Shown piece after piece: positions 23,590 through 33,941 of a stretch of DNA of 64,000 nt; position 1 is the first letter of the stretch; the number at the start of each line of letters is the position of its first letter. Location: positions 186,001 through 250,000 of the forward strand of contig OZ025791.1 in assembly GCA_964019425.1 (NCBI GenBank). Direction: 5' to 3'. This DNA is from Flectonema sp. DT1601 (taxonomy: Eukaryota). The position numbers and the translations under genes were made by a program. The notes beneath the pieces were generated by a model. It worked only from the letters and a program-made list of their open reading frames with translations, was not told the DNA's origin and made no database searches.

Positions 23590-25503
23590 TTAGAGCTTGG
23601 AGGCTCCCTTGACTCTTCCAATGATAGTCTGAGGAGCGTACTTGGTGATGTAGCTTTCGTCGTGCATCATGTTGAACTCCTCAGTAGCATCCTTACCGGC
23701 GTACAACATGATGGCTTCTTTACCTCCAGGGTGCTCGCTCAAGAAGTCGGTGACGTTCAAAACCTTTCCATTGACAACAACCCAGCAGTCGGTGTCCTTG
23801 GTGTGCTTTGCAACCTCAGCCATCGTGTAGTCCTTGGATTCAGGCTTGGCGTCTGACTTCTTCTCGTCACCCTTTCCATCGAAGTCGTACTGGGTGTCTC
23901 TTGGGATCGCTCCGGTCTCACCAGCAGGGGCCTGGGCAGCAGAACCAGCAGCATCGTCGTCGAACTTCACAGTTACCGACTTGGTGGCTGGGTCAACAAT
24001 CAAGTTGATTGGCTTCGATGCACCTCCTCCAGCTCCGTTAGAGAGTCTGTCCATCAAGAAGCTGGACGCAGATCCTCCGGAAACTCTTCCGTACACGACG
24101 CAGTCCAAAAGAGAAGATCCTCCCAATCTGTTCTTTCCGTGGATTCCTCCAGCAACTTCTCCACCGCAGAACAGTCCCGGAACAGGGCTTCCGTCGTTCT
24201 TCAAGACCTCAGCATCGGCGTTACACTTCAAACCTCCGAGGGTGTAGTGGATAACTGGGGTTACGATACCGACGTAGAACTGGTCGTTGGTCACCCAAGG
24301 GGTGTTGACGAAGAACTTTCTTCCGAACTTGTCAGTCTTTGCTTCGGCGGCCGCGTTGTACTCATCGAAGGTCTGTCTGATGGTGTTGACAGACACTCCC
24401 ATGTCCTTGGCCAAATCGTCGGCGCTGGCGTACTTCTTCATGAGACCACGTCCCTCGTAGTGGAGACAATGCCACTCAATTGATTTAGATGACTGTCCGT
24501 TCAATACCAGGTAGTATGGACCGTTGTTGTGTGCCCACATGGCTCCGGTAACGAAATCTCTCTTCTGAAGCTCGTCCACGAATCTGTGTCCGTTCTTGTC
24601 AAGGAAGATTCCTCCGGCTCCACGAAGGGCCTCAGCAGCCAAGAACTTGGTCTTTGCGTCTGGCTCGTTCGGGTGAACCAAAGCAGTAGGGTGGATCTGA
24701 ACCATGTCCAAGTCAATGGTGGCTCCTCCGACAGCCTGGGCCATCTTGATACCGTCTCCAGTGCAGTGAACTCCGTTGGTAGTTGGAAGCTCCATGTACT
24801 CAGGACGGAGGGTCTTCAACAAAGACGAGTCGCTGAAGTCGGCACCGTATCCACCGGTGGTCAACACAACTGGTCCGTAGGCTGGAGTGATCTTTCCGTC
24901 CTTCTCGTACTTGCATCCGATGACCTCACCGTTGTTGCTGAGAAGCTCAGTGGCTCTGGCCTTGGTGACGATTCTTACTCTGTGTGGCATCTCCTTCATT
25001 TTCTCCTCCAACTTCTCGAGAAGGGCGTAGGTGATGGTCATTCCAGGGAACTTCTGCTTACCACGGTGAGTTCTTGGGAACGAGTGTCCTCCCAATCTTC
25101 CGAGAAGGGAAAGGTCCAGTCCAAAAGACTCAATAAGCCATTCAATAGCAGGAGCGGAGTCGTAAACCAATCTCTTGTTGGTCTCCAAGTAAGGGTTCAC
25201 GGCTGGGTCAAACGGATCCTTGTCAGCCATCTCAGCCTGCTTGGCCGCAGCCTCAGCTGGAGGAGCACCCTTGATTGCCGCCTCAGCGGTGTCTCTGAAG
25301 AACGCGTCAACCGAGTCCTGAACTCCCGCTCTCTGCTGGGTTCTAGTGAGGGCTCCGTTAATTCCTGAAGTGGCCTTTGTTGAGTTTCCACCACAGAAGG
25401 AGAGCTTCTCCAACAACAAAACGCTTCCACCTCTCTCAAGGATGGTGTGAGCGGCACTCAGTCCCGCAAGACCTCCACCGACAACAATAACTTGCTGAAC
25501 CAT
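23590..25503 (-). CDS. Soluble fumarate reductase flavoprotein (Osm1/Frd1-like) fused to a cytochrome b5 heme domain, with PTS1 (SKL); copy 1
   Basis: VGGGLAG FAD motif, GGNSTKATSGING, GGHSFPRTH, QIHPT, AEALRG, HYTLGG, NRLGGSSL. Cytochrome b5 motifs DCWVVVNGKVLNVTDFLSEHPGG and DATEEF..MH. Ends in SKL. Confidence 0.92.
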   Translation of the reverse strand: MVQQVIVVGGGLAGLSAAHTILERGGSVLLLEKLSFCGGNSTKATSGINGALTRTQQRAGVQDSVDAFFRDTAEAAIKGAPPAEAAAKQAEMADKDPFDPAVNPYLETNKRLVYDSAPAIEWLIESFGLDLSLLGRLGGHSFPRTHRGKQKFPGMTITYALLEKLEEKMKEMPHRVRIVTKARATELLSNNGEVIGCKYEKDGKITPAYGPVVLTTGGYGADFSDSSLLKTLRPEYMELPTTNGVHCTGDGIKMAQAVGGATIDLDMVQIHPTALVHPNEPDAKTKFLAAEALRGAGGIFLDKNGHRFVDELQKRDFVTGAMWAHNNGPYYLVLNGQSSKSIEWHCLHYEGRGLMKKYASADDLAKDMGVSVNTIRQTFDEYNAAAEAKTDKFGRKFFVNTPWVTNDQFYVGIVTPVIHYTLGGLKCNADAEVLKNDGSPVPGLFCGGEVAGGIHGKNRLGGSSLLDCVVYGRVSGGSASSFLMDRLSNGAGGGASKPINLIVDPATKSVTVKFDDDAAGSAAQAPAGETGAIPRDTQYDFDGKGDEKKSDAKPESKDYTMAEVAKHTKDTDCWVVVNGKVLNVTDFLSEHPGGKEAIMLYAGKDATEEFNMMHDESYITKYAPQTIIGRVKGASKL

Positions 25504-26252
25504 GGTTTGTTAACTTTAAGTTATGAGATATCTGAATTGAGGAATAGAGTGATTGCAAGTTGTTATGTTCACACTTGTGTTTAAAAATCATGAATAGAAA
25601 GTGAATATTTCAACATTAAAAAAACATTCCCTCCCATATGAATCATCTAACTTTGTTTAAAAGGAAATAATTCCCAGCCATACATTGTCACCTGTTAAAG
25701 TAGTTGAAGTCACCTCATAAATAAAGTACAAAACTATTTTTGAGGACTAACGTTGCACTCGCAAAAGGCACAAAAACACTTTTCTTTCTTCTTGAAATTA
25801 AGCAGCTTTAAACAACGAAATAGCGGGGCCTAGGTGAAGCTAAAAAAAAATAAGCAAAACCAAAATGATGCTCACATCGTTATAACTATCTTAATAACAG
25901 CATTCTCACACGCAGGGATTTTTGATCCAAAACAAAAATAAATAAAAAACAATTTCAACGTCAAAGGTGTTGAGTAGCAAATTCTGGGGCGAGAAACAAT
26001 TGGACAAAATAAAAAAGAAGTTTCCATCAATGAGAGCAAACAAAAGACACGTCTTTAAAAAAGACGACTAAAGTGTTTTCCACATAAATCATTTAAAGAT
26101 AAGAATACGTGTCTCGATGTATCTCAAAGAACAACAACGCATTACACGTAAAATAATTAACACAGAAAGGGATTCCCGATTCTCAAACATTGAAACAGTA
26201 ACAGGAAGAATGTTCTTCAAATAATATTTAATAATATTAACTTTCTTCATTA

Positions 26253-26277
26253 TCATGTATGGTGGCATGAACGTAAT
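26253..26277 (-). promoter_or_regulatory. Conserved 3'UTR element of FRD copy 2
   Basis: TCATGTATGGTGGCATGAACG, with the stem retained. Confidence 0.5.
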
Positions 26278-26305
26278 GTGATGATCTGATAATTTGAGTG
26301 TCATT

Positions 26306-28219
26306 TTAGAGCTTGGAGGCTCCCTTGACTCTTCCAATGATAGTCTGAGGAGCGTACTTGGTGATGTAGCTTTCGTCGTGCATCATGTTGAACTCCTCAG
26401 TAGCATCCTTACCGGCGTACAACATGATGGCTTCTTTACCTCCAGGGTGCTCGCTCAAGAAGTCGGTGACGTTCAAAACCTTTCCATTGACAACAACCCA
26501 ACAGTCGGTGTCCTTGGTGTGCTTTGCAACCTCAGCCATCGTGTAGTCCTTGGATTCAGGCTTGGCGTCTGACTTCTTCTCGTCACCCTTTCCGTCGAAG
26601 TCGTACTGGGTGTCTCTTGGGATCGCTCCGGTCTCACCAGCAGGGGCCTGGGCAGCAGAACCAGCAGCATCGTCGTCGAACTTCACAGTTACCGACTTGG
26701 TGGCTGGGTCAACAATCAAGTTGATTGGCTTCGATGCACCTCCTCCAGCTCCGTTGGAGAGTCTGTCCATCAAGAAGCTGGACGCAGATCCTCCGGAAAC
26801 TCTTCCGTACACGACGCAGTCCAAAAGAGAAGATCCTCCCAATCTGTTCTTTCCGTGGATTCCTCCAGCAACTTCTCCACCGCAGAACAGTCCCGGAACA
26901 GGGCTTCCGTCGTTCTTCAAGACCTCAGCATCGGCGTTACACTTCAAACCTCCGAGGGTGTAGTGGATAACTGGGGTTACGATACCGACGTAGAACTGGT
27001 CGTTGGTCACCCAAGGGGTGTTGACGAAGAACTTTCTTCCGAACTTGTCAGTCTTTGCTTCGGCGGCCGCGTTGTACTCATCGAAGGTCTGTCTGATGGT
27101 GTTGACAGACACTCCCATGTCCTTGGCCAAATCGTCGGCGCTGGCGTACTTCTTCATGAGACCACGTCCCTCGTAGTGGAGACAATGCCACTCAATTGAT
27201 TTAGATGACTGTCCGTTCAATACCAGGTAGTATGGACCGTTGTTGTGTGCCCACATGGCTCCGGTGACGAAATCTCTCTTCTGAAGCTCGTCCACGAATC
27301 TGTGTCCGTTCTTGTCAAGGAAGATTCCTCCAGCTCCACGAAGGGCCTCAGCAGCCAAGAACTTGGTCTTTGCGTCTGGCTCGTTCGGGTGAACCAAAGC
27401 AGTAGGGTGGATCTGAACCATGTCCAAGTCAATGGTGGCTCCTCCGACAGCCTGGGCCATCTTGATACCGTCTCCAGTGCAGTGAACTCCGTTGGTAGTT
27501 GGAAGCTCCATGTACTCAGGACGGAGGGTCTTCAACAAAGACGAGTCGCTGAAGTCGGCACCGTATCCACCGGTGGTCAACACAACTGGTCCGTAGGCTG
27601 GAGTGATCTTTCCATCCTTCTCGTACTTGCATCCGATGACCTCACCGTTGTTGCTGAGAAGCTCAGTGGCTCTGGCCTTGGTGACGATTCTTACTCTGTG
27701 TGGCATCTCCTTCATTTTCTCCTCCAACTTCTCGAGAAGGGCGTAGGTGATGGTCATTCCAGGGAATTTCTGCTTACCACGGTGAGTTCTTGGGAACGAG
27801 TGTCCTCCCAATCTTCCGAGAAGGGAAAGGTCTAGTCCAAACGACTCAATAAGCCATTCAATAGCAGGAGCGGAGTCGTAAACCAATCTCTTGTTGGTCT
27901 CCAAGTAAGGGTTCACGGCTGGGTCAAACGGATCCTTGTCAGCCATCTCAGCCTGCTTGGCCGCAGCCTCAGCTGGAGGAGCACCCTTGATTGCCGCCTC
28001 AGCGGTGTCTCTGAAGAACGCGTCAACCGAGTCCTGAACTCCCGCTCTCTGCTGGGTTCTAGTGAGGGCTCCGTTAATTCCTGAAGTGGCCTTTGTTGAG
28101 TTTCCACCACAGAAGGAGAGCTTCTCCAACAACAAAACGCTTCCACCTCTCTCAAGGATGGTGTGAGCGGCACTCAGTCCCGCAAGACCTCCACCGACAA
28201 CAATAACTTGCTGAACCAT
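26306..28219 (-). CDS. Fumarate reductase-cytochrome b5, PTS1; copy 2
   Basis: Same 637-aa translation as copy 1. Confidence 0.92.
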   Translation of the reverse strand: MVQQVIVVGGGLAGLSAAHTILERGGSVLLLEKLSFCGGNSTKATSGINGALTRTQQRAGVQDSVDAFFRDTAEAAIKGAPPAEAAAKQAEMADKDPFDPAVNPYLETNKRLVYDSAPAIEWLIESFGLDLSLLGRLGGHSFPRTHRGKQKFPGMTITYALLEKLEEKMKEMPHRVRIVTKARATELLSNNGEVIGCKYEKDGKITPAYGPVVLTTGGYGADFSDSSLLKTLRPEYMELPTTNGVHCTGDGIKMAQAVGGATIDLDMVQIHPTALVHPNEPDAKTKFLAAEALRGAGGIFLDKNGHRFVDELQKRDFVTGAMWAHNNGPYYLVLNGQSSKSIEWHCLHYEGRGLMKKYASADDLAKDMGVSVNTIRQTFDEYNAAAEAKTDKFGRKFFVNTPWVTNDQFYVGIVTPVIHYTLGGLKCNADAEVLKNDGSPVPGLFCGGEVAGGIHGKNRLGGSSLLDCVVYGRVSGGSASSFLMDRLSNGAGGGASKPINLIVDPATKSVTVKFDDDAAGSAAQAPAGETGAIPRDTQYDFDGKGDEKKSDAKPESKDYTMAEVAKHTKDTDCWVVVNGKVLNVTDFLSEHPGGKEAIMLYAGKDATEEFNMMHDESYITKYAPQTIIGRVKGASKL

Positions 28220-28821
28220 GGTTTGTTAACTTTTAGTTATGAGATATCTAAATTGAGGAATAAAGAATATTTATCAACCAACGTCCTGCAGGAGGGTATT
28301 AACTCAACGACAACGGTTCCAATCCATCAGTTTAAACACACTTTTGTACTCTGTTATAAAAAAGAAATTCTGAATAAAGGAGGGACATAAAACCAACAAT
28401 GGGCATCAAGGCCTCATAAAAAAAGATTTTCAAAACTTTCTTTTTTTGTTGTTTTTTTTCTCTTTTTTTTCAAACTTTTTCTTTTCTTTTTTCTTTTTTT
28501 TTCCTTCGATAGAGAAACAACAGAGGAGGAATATTACGGAAAATTGAGAAGAATAAGAAAACAAAGCAACAGCAGGCTTTTTTATTTCATATCCCGACGA
28601 AATGATGACAAAGAATCATAACAAGCTAAGGAACACAACAAGATTCAATTCATGATAAGTAGTCGAACGTCACTCAGCATGAAAGTGTTTACAATGACCA
28701 AAGAGACTACAGTGTTAGCATTGCTTAATACTTCTCACCGAGACAAAAAAAAGAAGAAGAAAAAAAGGAATATAAAATAAAACATCTGAACTCAAAATAA
28801 AGCAACAAATAACCTATTTTA

Positions 28822-28849
28822 TTGTCATGTATGGTTGCATGAACGAAAT
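28822..28849 (-). promoter_or_regulatory. Conserved 3'UTR element of FRD copy 3
   Basis: TTGTCATGTATGGTTGCATGAACGAAAT, identical to the copy 1 element. Confidence 0.55.
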
Positions 28850-28899
28850 GGATTAATTATTGAGAAATAAGACATCAAGTGCAAACGACAAGTGTCATT

Positions 28900-30813
28900 T
28901 TAGAGCTTGGAGGCTCCCTTGACTCTTCCAATGATAGTCTGAGGAGCGTACTTGGTGATGTAGCTTTCGTCGTGCATCATGTTGAACTCCTCAGTAGCAT
29001 CCTTACCGGCGTACAACATGATGGCTTCTTTACCTCCAGGGTGCTCGCTCAAGAAGTCGGTGACGTTCAAAACCTTTCCATTGACAACAACCCAACAGTC
29101 GGTGTCCTTGGTGTGCTTTGCAACCTCAGCCATCGTGTAGTCCTTGGATTCAGGCTTGGCGTCTGACTTCTTCTCGTCACCCTTTCCGTCGAAGTCGTAC
29201 TGGGTGTCTCTTGGGATCGCTCCGGTCTCACCAGCAGGGGCCTGGGCAGCAGAACCAGCAGCATCGTCGTCGAACTTCACAGTTACCGACTTGGTGGCTG
29301 GGTCAACAATCAAGTTGATTGGCTTCGATGCACCTCCTCCAGCTCCGTTGGAGAGTCTGTCCATCAAGAAGCTGGACGCAGATCCTCCGGAAACTCTTCC
29401 GTACACGACGCAGTCCAAAAGAGAAGATCCTCCCAATCTGTTCTTTCCGTGGATTCCTCCAGCAACTTCTCCACCGCAGAACAGTCCCGGAACAGGGCTT
29501 CCGTCGTTCTTCAAGACCTCAGCATCGGCGTTACACTTCAACCCTCCGAGGGTGTAGTGGATAACTGGGGTTACGATACCGACGTAGAACTGGTCGTTGG
29601 TCACCCAAGGGGTGTTGACGAAGAACTTTCTTCCGAACTTGTCAGTCTTTGCTTCGGCGGCCGCGTTGTACTCATCGAAGGTCTGTCTGATGGTGTTGAC
29701 AGACACTCCCATGTCCTTGGCCAAATCGTCGGCGCTGGCGTACTTCTTCATGAGACCACGTCCCTCGTAGTGGAGACAATGCCACTCAATTGATTTAGAT
29801 GACTGTCCGTTCAATACCAGGTAGTATGGACCGTTGTTGTGTGCCCACATGGCTCCGGTGACGAAATCTCTCTTCTGAAGCTCGTCCACGAATCTGTGTC
29901 CGTTCTTGTCAAGGAAGATTCCTCCAGCTCCACGAAGGGCCTCAGCAGCCAAGAACTTGGTCTTTGCGTCTGGCTCGTTCGGGTGAACCAAAGCAGTAGG
30001 ATGGATCTGAACCATGTCCAAGTCAATGGTGGCTCCTCCGACAGCCTGGGCCATCTTGATACCGTCTCCAGTGCAGTGAACTCCGTTGGTAGTTGGAAGC
30101 TCCATGTACTCAGGACGGAGGGTCTTCAACAAAGACGAGTCGCTGAAGTCGGCACCGTATCCACCGGTGGTCAACACAACTGGTCCGTAGGCTGGAGTGA
30201 TCTTTCCGTCCTTCTCGTACTTGCATCCGATGACCTCACCGTTGTTGCTGAGAAGCTCAGTGGCTCTGGCCTTGGTGACGATTCTTACTCTGTGTGGCAT
30301 CTCCTTCATTTTCTCCTCCAACTTCTCGAGAAGGGCGTAGGTGATGGTCATTCCAGGGAACTTCTGCTTACCACGGTGAGTTCTTGGGAACGAGTGTCCT
30401 CCCAATCTTCCGAGAAGGGAAAGGTCTAGTCCAAACGACTCAATAAGCCATTCAATAGCAGGAGCGGAGTCGTAAACCAATCTCTTGTTGGTCTCCAAGT
30501 AAGGGTTCACGGCTGGGTCAAACGGATCCTTGTCAGCCATCTCAGCCTGCTTGGCCGCAGCCTCAGCTGGAGGAGCACCCTTGATTGCCGCCTCAGCGGT
30601 GTCTCTGAAGAACGCGTCAACCGAGTCCTGAACTCCCGCTCTCTGCTGGGTTCTAGTGAGGGCTCCGTTAATTCCTGAAGTGGCCTTTGTTGAGTTTCCA
30701 CCACAGAAGGAGAGCTTCTCCAACAACAAAACGCTTCCACCTCTCTCAAGGATGGTGTGAGCGGCACTCAGTCCCGCAAGACCTCCACCGACAACAATAA
30801 CTTGCTGAACCAT
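28900..30813 (-). CDS. Fumarate reductase-cytochrome b5, PTS1; copy 3
   Basis: Same 637-aa translation as copy 1. Confidence 0.92.
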   Translation of the reverse strand: MVQQVIVVGGGLAGLSAAHTILERGGSVLLLEKLSFCGGNSTKATSGINGALTRTQQRAGVQDSVDAFFRDTAEAAIKGAPPAEAAAKQAEMADKDPFDPAVNPYLETNKRLVYDSAPAIEWLIESFGLDLSLLGRLGGHSFPRTHRGKQKFPGMTITYALLEKLEEKMKEMPHRVRIVTKARATELLSNNGEVIGCKYEKDGKITPAYGPVVLTTGGYGADFSDSSLLKTLRPEYMELPTTNGVHCTGDGIKMAQAVGGATIDLDMVQIHPTALVHPNEPDAKTKFLAAEALRGAGGIFLDKNGHRFVDELQKRDFVTGAMWAHNNGPYYLVLNGQSSKSIEWHCLHYEGRGLMKKYASADDLAKDMGVSVNTIRQTFDEYNAAAEAKTDKFGRKFFVNTPWVTNDQFYVGIVTPVIHYTLGGLKCNADAEVLKNDGSPVPGLFCGGEVAGGIHGKNRLGGSSLLDCVVYGRVSGGSASSFLMDRLSNGAGGGASKPINLIVDPATKSVTVKFDDDAAGSAAQAPAGETGAIPRDTQYDFDGKGDEKKSDAKPESKDYTMAEVAKHTKDTDCWVVVNGKVLNVTDFLSEHPGGKEAIMLYAGKDATEEFNMMHDESYITKYAPQTIIGRVKGASKL

Positions 30814-31307
30814 GGTTTGTAAAGTAGCAAATGATATCTGTCAATAAAATATAATTGCTTTACTTGTGAACTAAGCAACATTAAGAAGGTCATATAAATC
30901 CACCACTTCATGTACTCGATGTGATGCTGTTAAAGAACAAGAACTACAAGTGCTACAAGTTTCAATAACTTAAACCAAAAAGGAAACTAACTTTCAAGAG
31001 AGGGAACGATGAATTCATTCTGTCTTTTTTCATTTTTAATTGCATTAAATCTACTGAATCAACAGTTTGTTTCCGCTAAGTGAAACCCTCGTCATATAAA
31101 TACAAGTTTATTTGTTAAGATAGAATGGTTTGTATGATAGAGAGAAATGAGAAGACACAACTTCATTGGCTTCTTTTGACGGGCTTAATCCATTTTCATT
31201 TCCTTCGATTCTCGTAAAATAATTTCATTTTCTTAGTCATCACTAATGATAGTATATCGGAATAGCAACCAAATAATTGATATCTAAAATCAACTCAGTA
31301 TTCGAAC

Positions 31308-33501
31308 TTACTGCTTCTTCTCCTCGTCCTTCTTTTCTTCCTTCTTCTCCTCCTCTTCCTTCTTCTCTTCTGGCTTCTCCTCAGACTGAGTCTCGGTTGA
31401 TGAAGAGGCATTGGCGGCGGCGGCGGCCTCGTAGTCCTTCTTACCACAGTCCATCACCAGCTTCTGGAGCTTGTCATTGGCTTCCTGGAGCTGCTCAGGG
31501 GTCGAGTTCTCGTTGGCGATCGCATCCTTGGTCTGCTGAATGGCTTCTGTCACCTGCTGCTTCTCCTCCTCGGAAACGTGCTTCCACTCACCAACAGCCT
31601 TCTCAGCCTGGATCACCTGGGTCTCGGCAGTGTTCTTTGCCTCAACTGACTCCCTCTTCTTCTTGTCAGCCTCCTGATGGTCCTCAGCTTCTCTGATCAT
31701 TCTCTCGATCTCGTCCTTGCTCAATCCTCCGCTGGACTGGATTCTCACGGTCTGTTCCTTGCCAGTCGCCTTGTCCTTCGCACTCACGTTGCAGATACCG
31801 TTGGCATCGATGTCGAAGGTCACTTCAATCTGTGGAACTCCACGTGGTGCTGGTGGAACTCCCATCAGGTCGAACTGTCCCAACATCTGGTTGTCCGCAG
31901 CCATTTCACGTTCTCCCTGGAGAACCTTGATGCCTACCTGGGTCTGGTTGTCAGCAGCAGTCGAGAATACCTGTGGTTGTTGATGATTATGATGATGTTG
32001 TTGTTGTTACTACAAAAGACTGTTTCCATTACAAGTTTTACCAACTCCATCCGACAAACACCAATCTATTCAACAACATACCTGACTCTTCTTCGTTGGG
32101 ATGGTGGTGTTCTTTGGGATCAAACGGGTGAAGACTCCTCCGAGGGTTTCCAATCCTGTTTTAAATTTAATGAGAAAGAAGACGAAACAATGTACTTTTA
32201 TCTGCAGCTAGCTCTCACAGAAGAATACAGCAAAAACGATGAATGAAATGAAATGTTTTGTGTCTGTTTGACATACCGAGGGAAAGAGGGGTGACATCGA
32301 GAAGAAGAAGACCGCCAACGTCTCCCTTCAACACTCCTCCCTGAATAGCAGCACCCATGGCCACAACCTCATCAGGGTTCACTCCCTTGAAAGGTTCACG
32401 CTTGAAGATGTTCTTCGTCACCTCCTGCACCTTAGGCATACGAGACATTCCTCCGACAAGGATCACTTCTTGGATCTCACTGGTGCTGAGTCCAGAGTCC
32501 TTGATGCAGGTCTCACATGGCTTGATGGTTCTGTTGATCAAGTTCTCAACCAATCCTTCGAGCTTCGATCTGGTCAGTGTCTGTTGCAAGTGCTGAGGTC
32601 CAGACTCGTTCGCCGAGATGTACGGCAAGTTGATCTCCGTCTGCATCGATGAACTCAACTCCATCTTTGCCTTCTCTGCTGCCTCACGTACACGCTGAAG
32701 GGCCATCTTGTCCTTGGCGACGTCGATACCGACCTCCTTTCCGAAGGTGTCGGTGATGTGCTGGGTGATCGCCATGTCGAAGTCCTCTCCTCCCAAGAAG
32801 GTGTCTCCGTTGGTCGCCTTCACTTCGAACACTCCTCCCGACACCTCCAAGATCGACACATCGAAGGTACCACCACCCAAGTCGTACACGGCAACGACCT
32901 TGTCCTCGTCCTTCTCCATACCGTAAGCAAGGGCCGCGGCAGTTGGCTCGTTGATGATTCTGGTCACGTTAAGCTTCGCGATCATTCCGGCGTCCTTGGT
33001 GGCCTGACGCTGGGCGTCGTTGAAGTACGCTGGCACGGTGATGACGGCATTTGGAACGGTGGTTCCAACGTGTGCCTCAGCAGTCTCTCTCATCTTCTCC
33101 AGAACGAAGGATCCGACTTGGCTCGGTGAGTATTCTTTTCCGGCGGTGTCCTGTACCCAAGCGTCTCCGTTTCCGGCTCTCACGATCGTGAAAGGAACCT
33201 GCTTCTGGTCCTCCTTGGTCTCCTTGTCGTCGTACTTACGACCAATCAAACGCTTGATGGCGTAGAAGGTGTTGGTTGGGTTGGTCACAGCCTGTCTCTT
33301 CGCGGCCAAACCGACGAGCTTCTCAGCTCCCTTGAATGCGACATACGAAGGGGTGGTTCTGAAACCTTCGCTGTTCTCAATCACACGGGCGTTGTTTCCT
33401 TCCATGATCGCAACACAAGAGTTGGTGGTTCCCAAATCGATACCAACAACATTTCCGGTAACCTTTGAGCAGTAAGCTCTACGGGCGGCCTTGCTGAACA
33501 T
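31308..33501 (-). CDS. mtHSP70: Mitochondrial HSP70 (SSC1/mortalin-like), copy 1, about 653 aa. Exons 33501-32277, 32155-32082, 31970-31308
   Basis: Short Arg-containing presequence, [36 protein letters not shown]. Introns 32156-32276 and 31971-32081 restore PLSLG|LETLGG...[14 protein letters not shown]. Confidence 0.95.
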
Positions 33502-33941
33502 TTTAAAGATGATGCTGGAAAGATGATGAAGTTACTCAACAGAATTACCAATACTAAATACGGCAAGCAATAACGCAGGAAAAACGCATAAGCGTTTAAA
33601 AATGCGTGATGAAGTTGTTTCTTAGCAACAAAAAATGATATTTGAAAACAAAACGGGTTAGATTAATGAAAGAGAATAGCAATAACAAGGAAGAGATCCT
33701 GTAACTGATGAAGCTGCGAACAACAAGAATAACATAAAATATGTTCCAAAAACAAAAATAAATTTCAAAAGCAACGCAAAAAGGACACCAACAGGTGAAT
33801 TAATATTATTTAGCAGAGCATGTTTAATGAATAAACACGTCAATCTGCTTGTTGGCAGTTATTTTAATTTTTATTCATTTTTAAGGATGCAACGAATACC
33901 TGTTGCTCCCAATAACGAAAGCAAACACTCAGGATTCGAAC

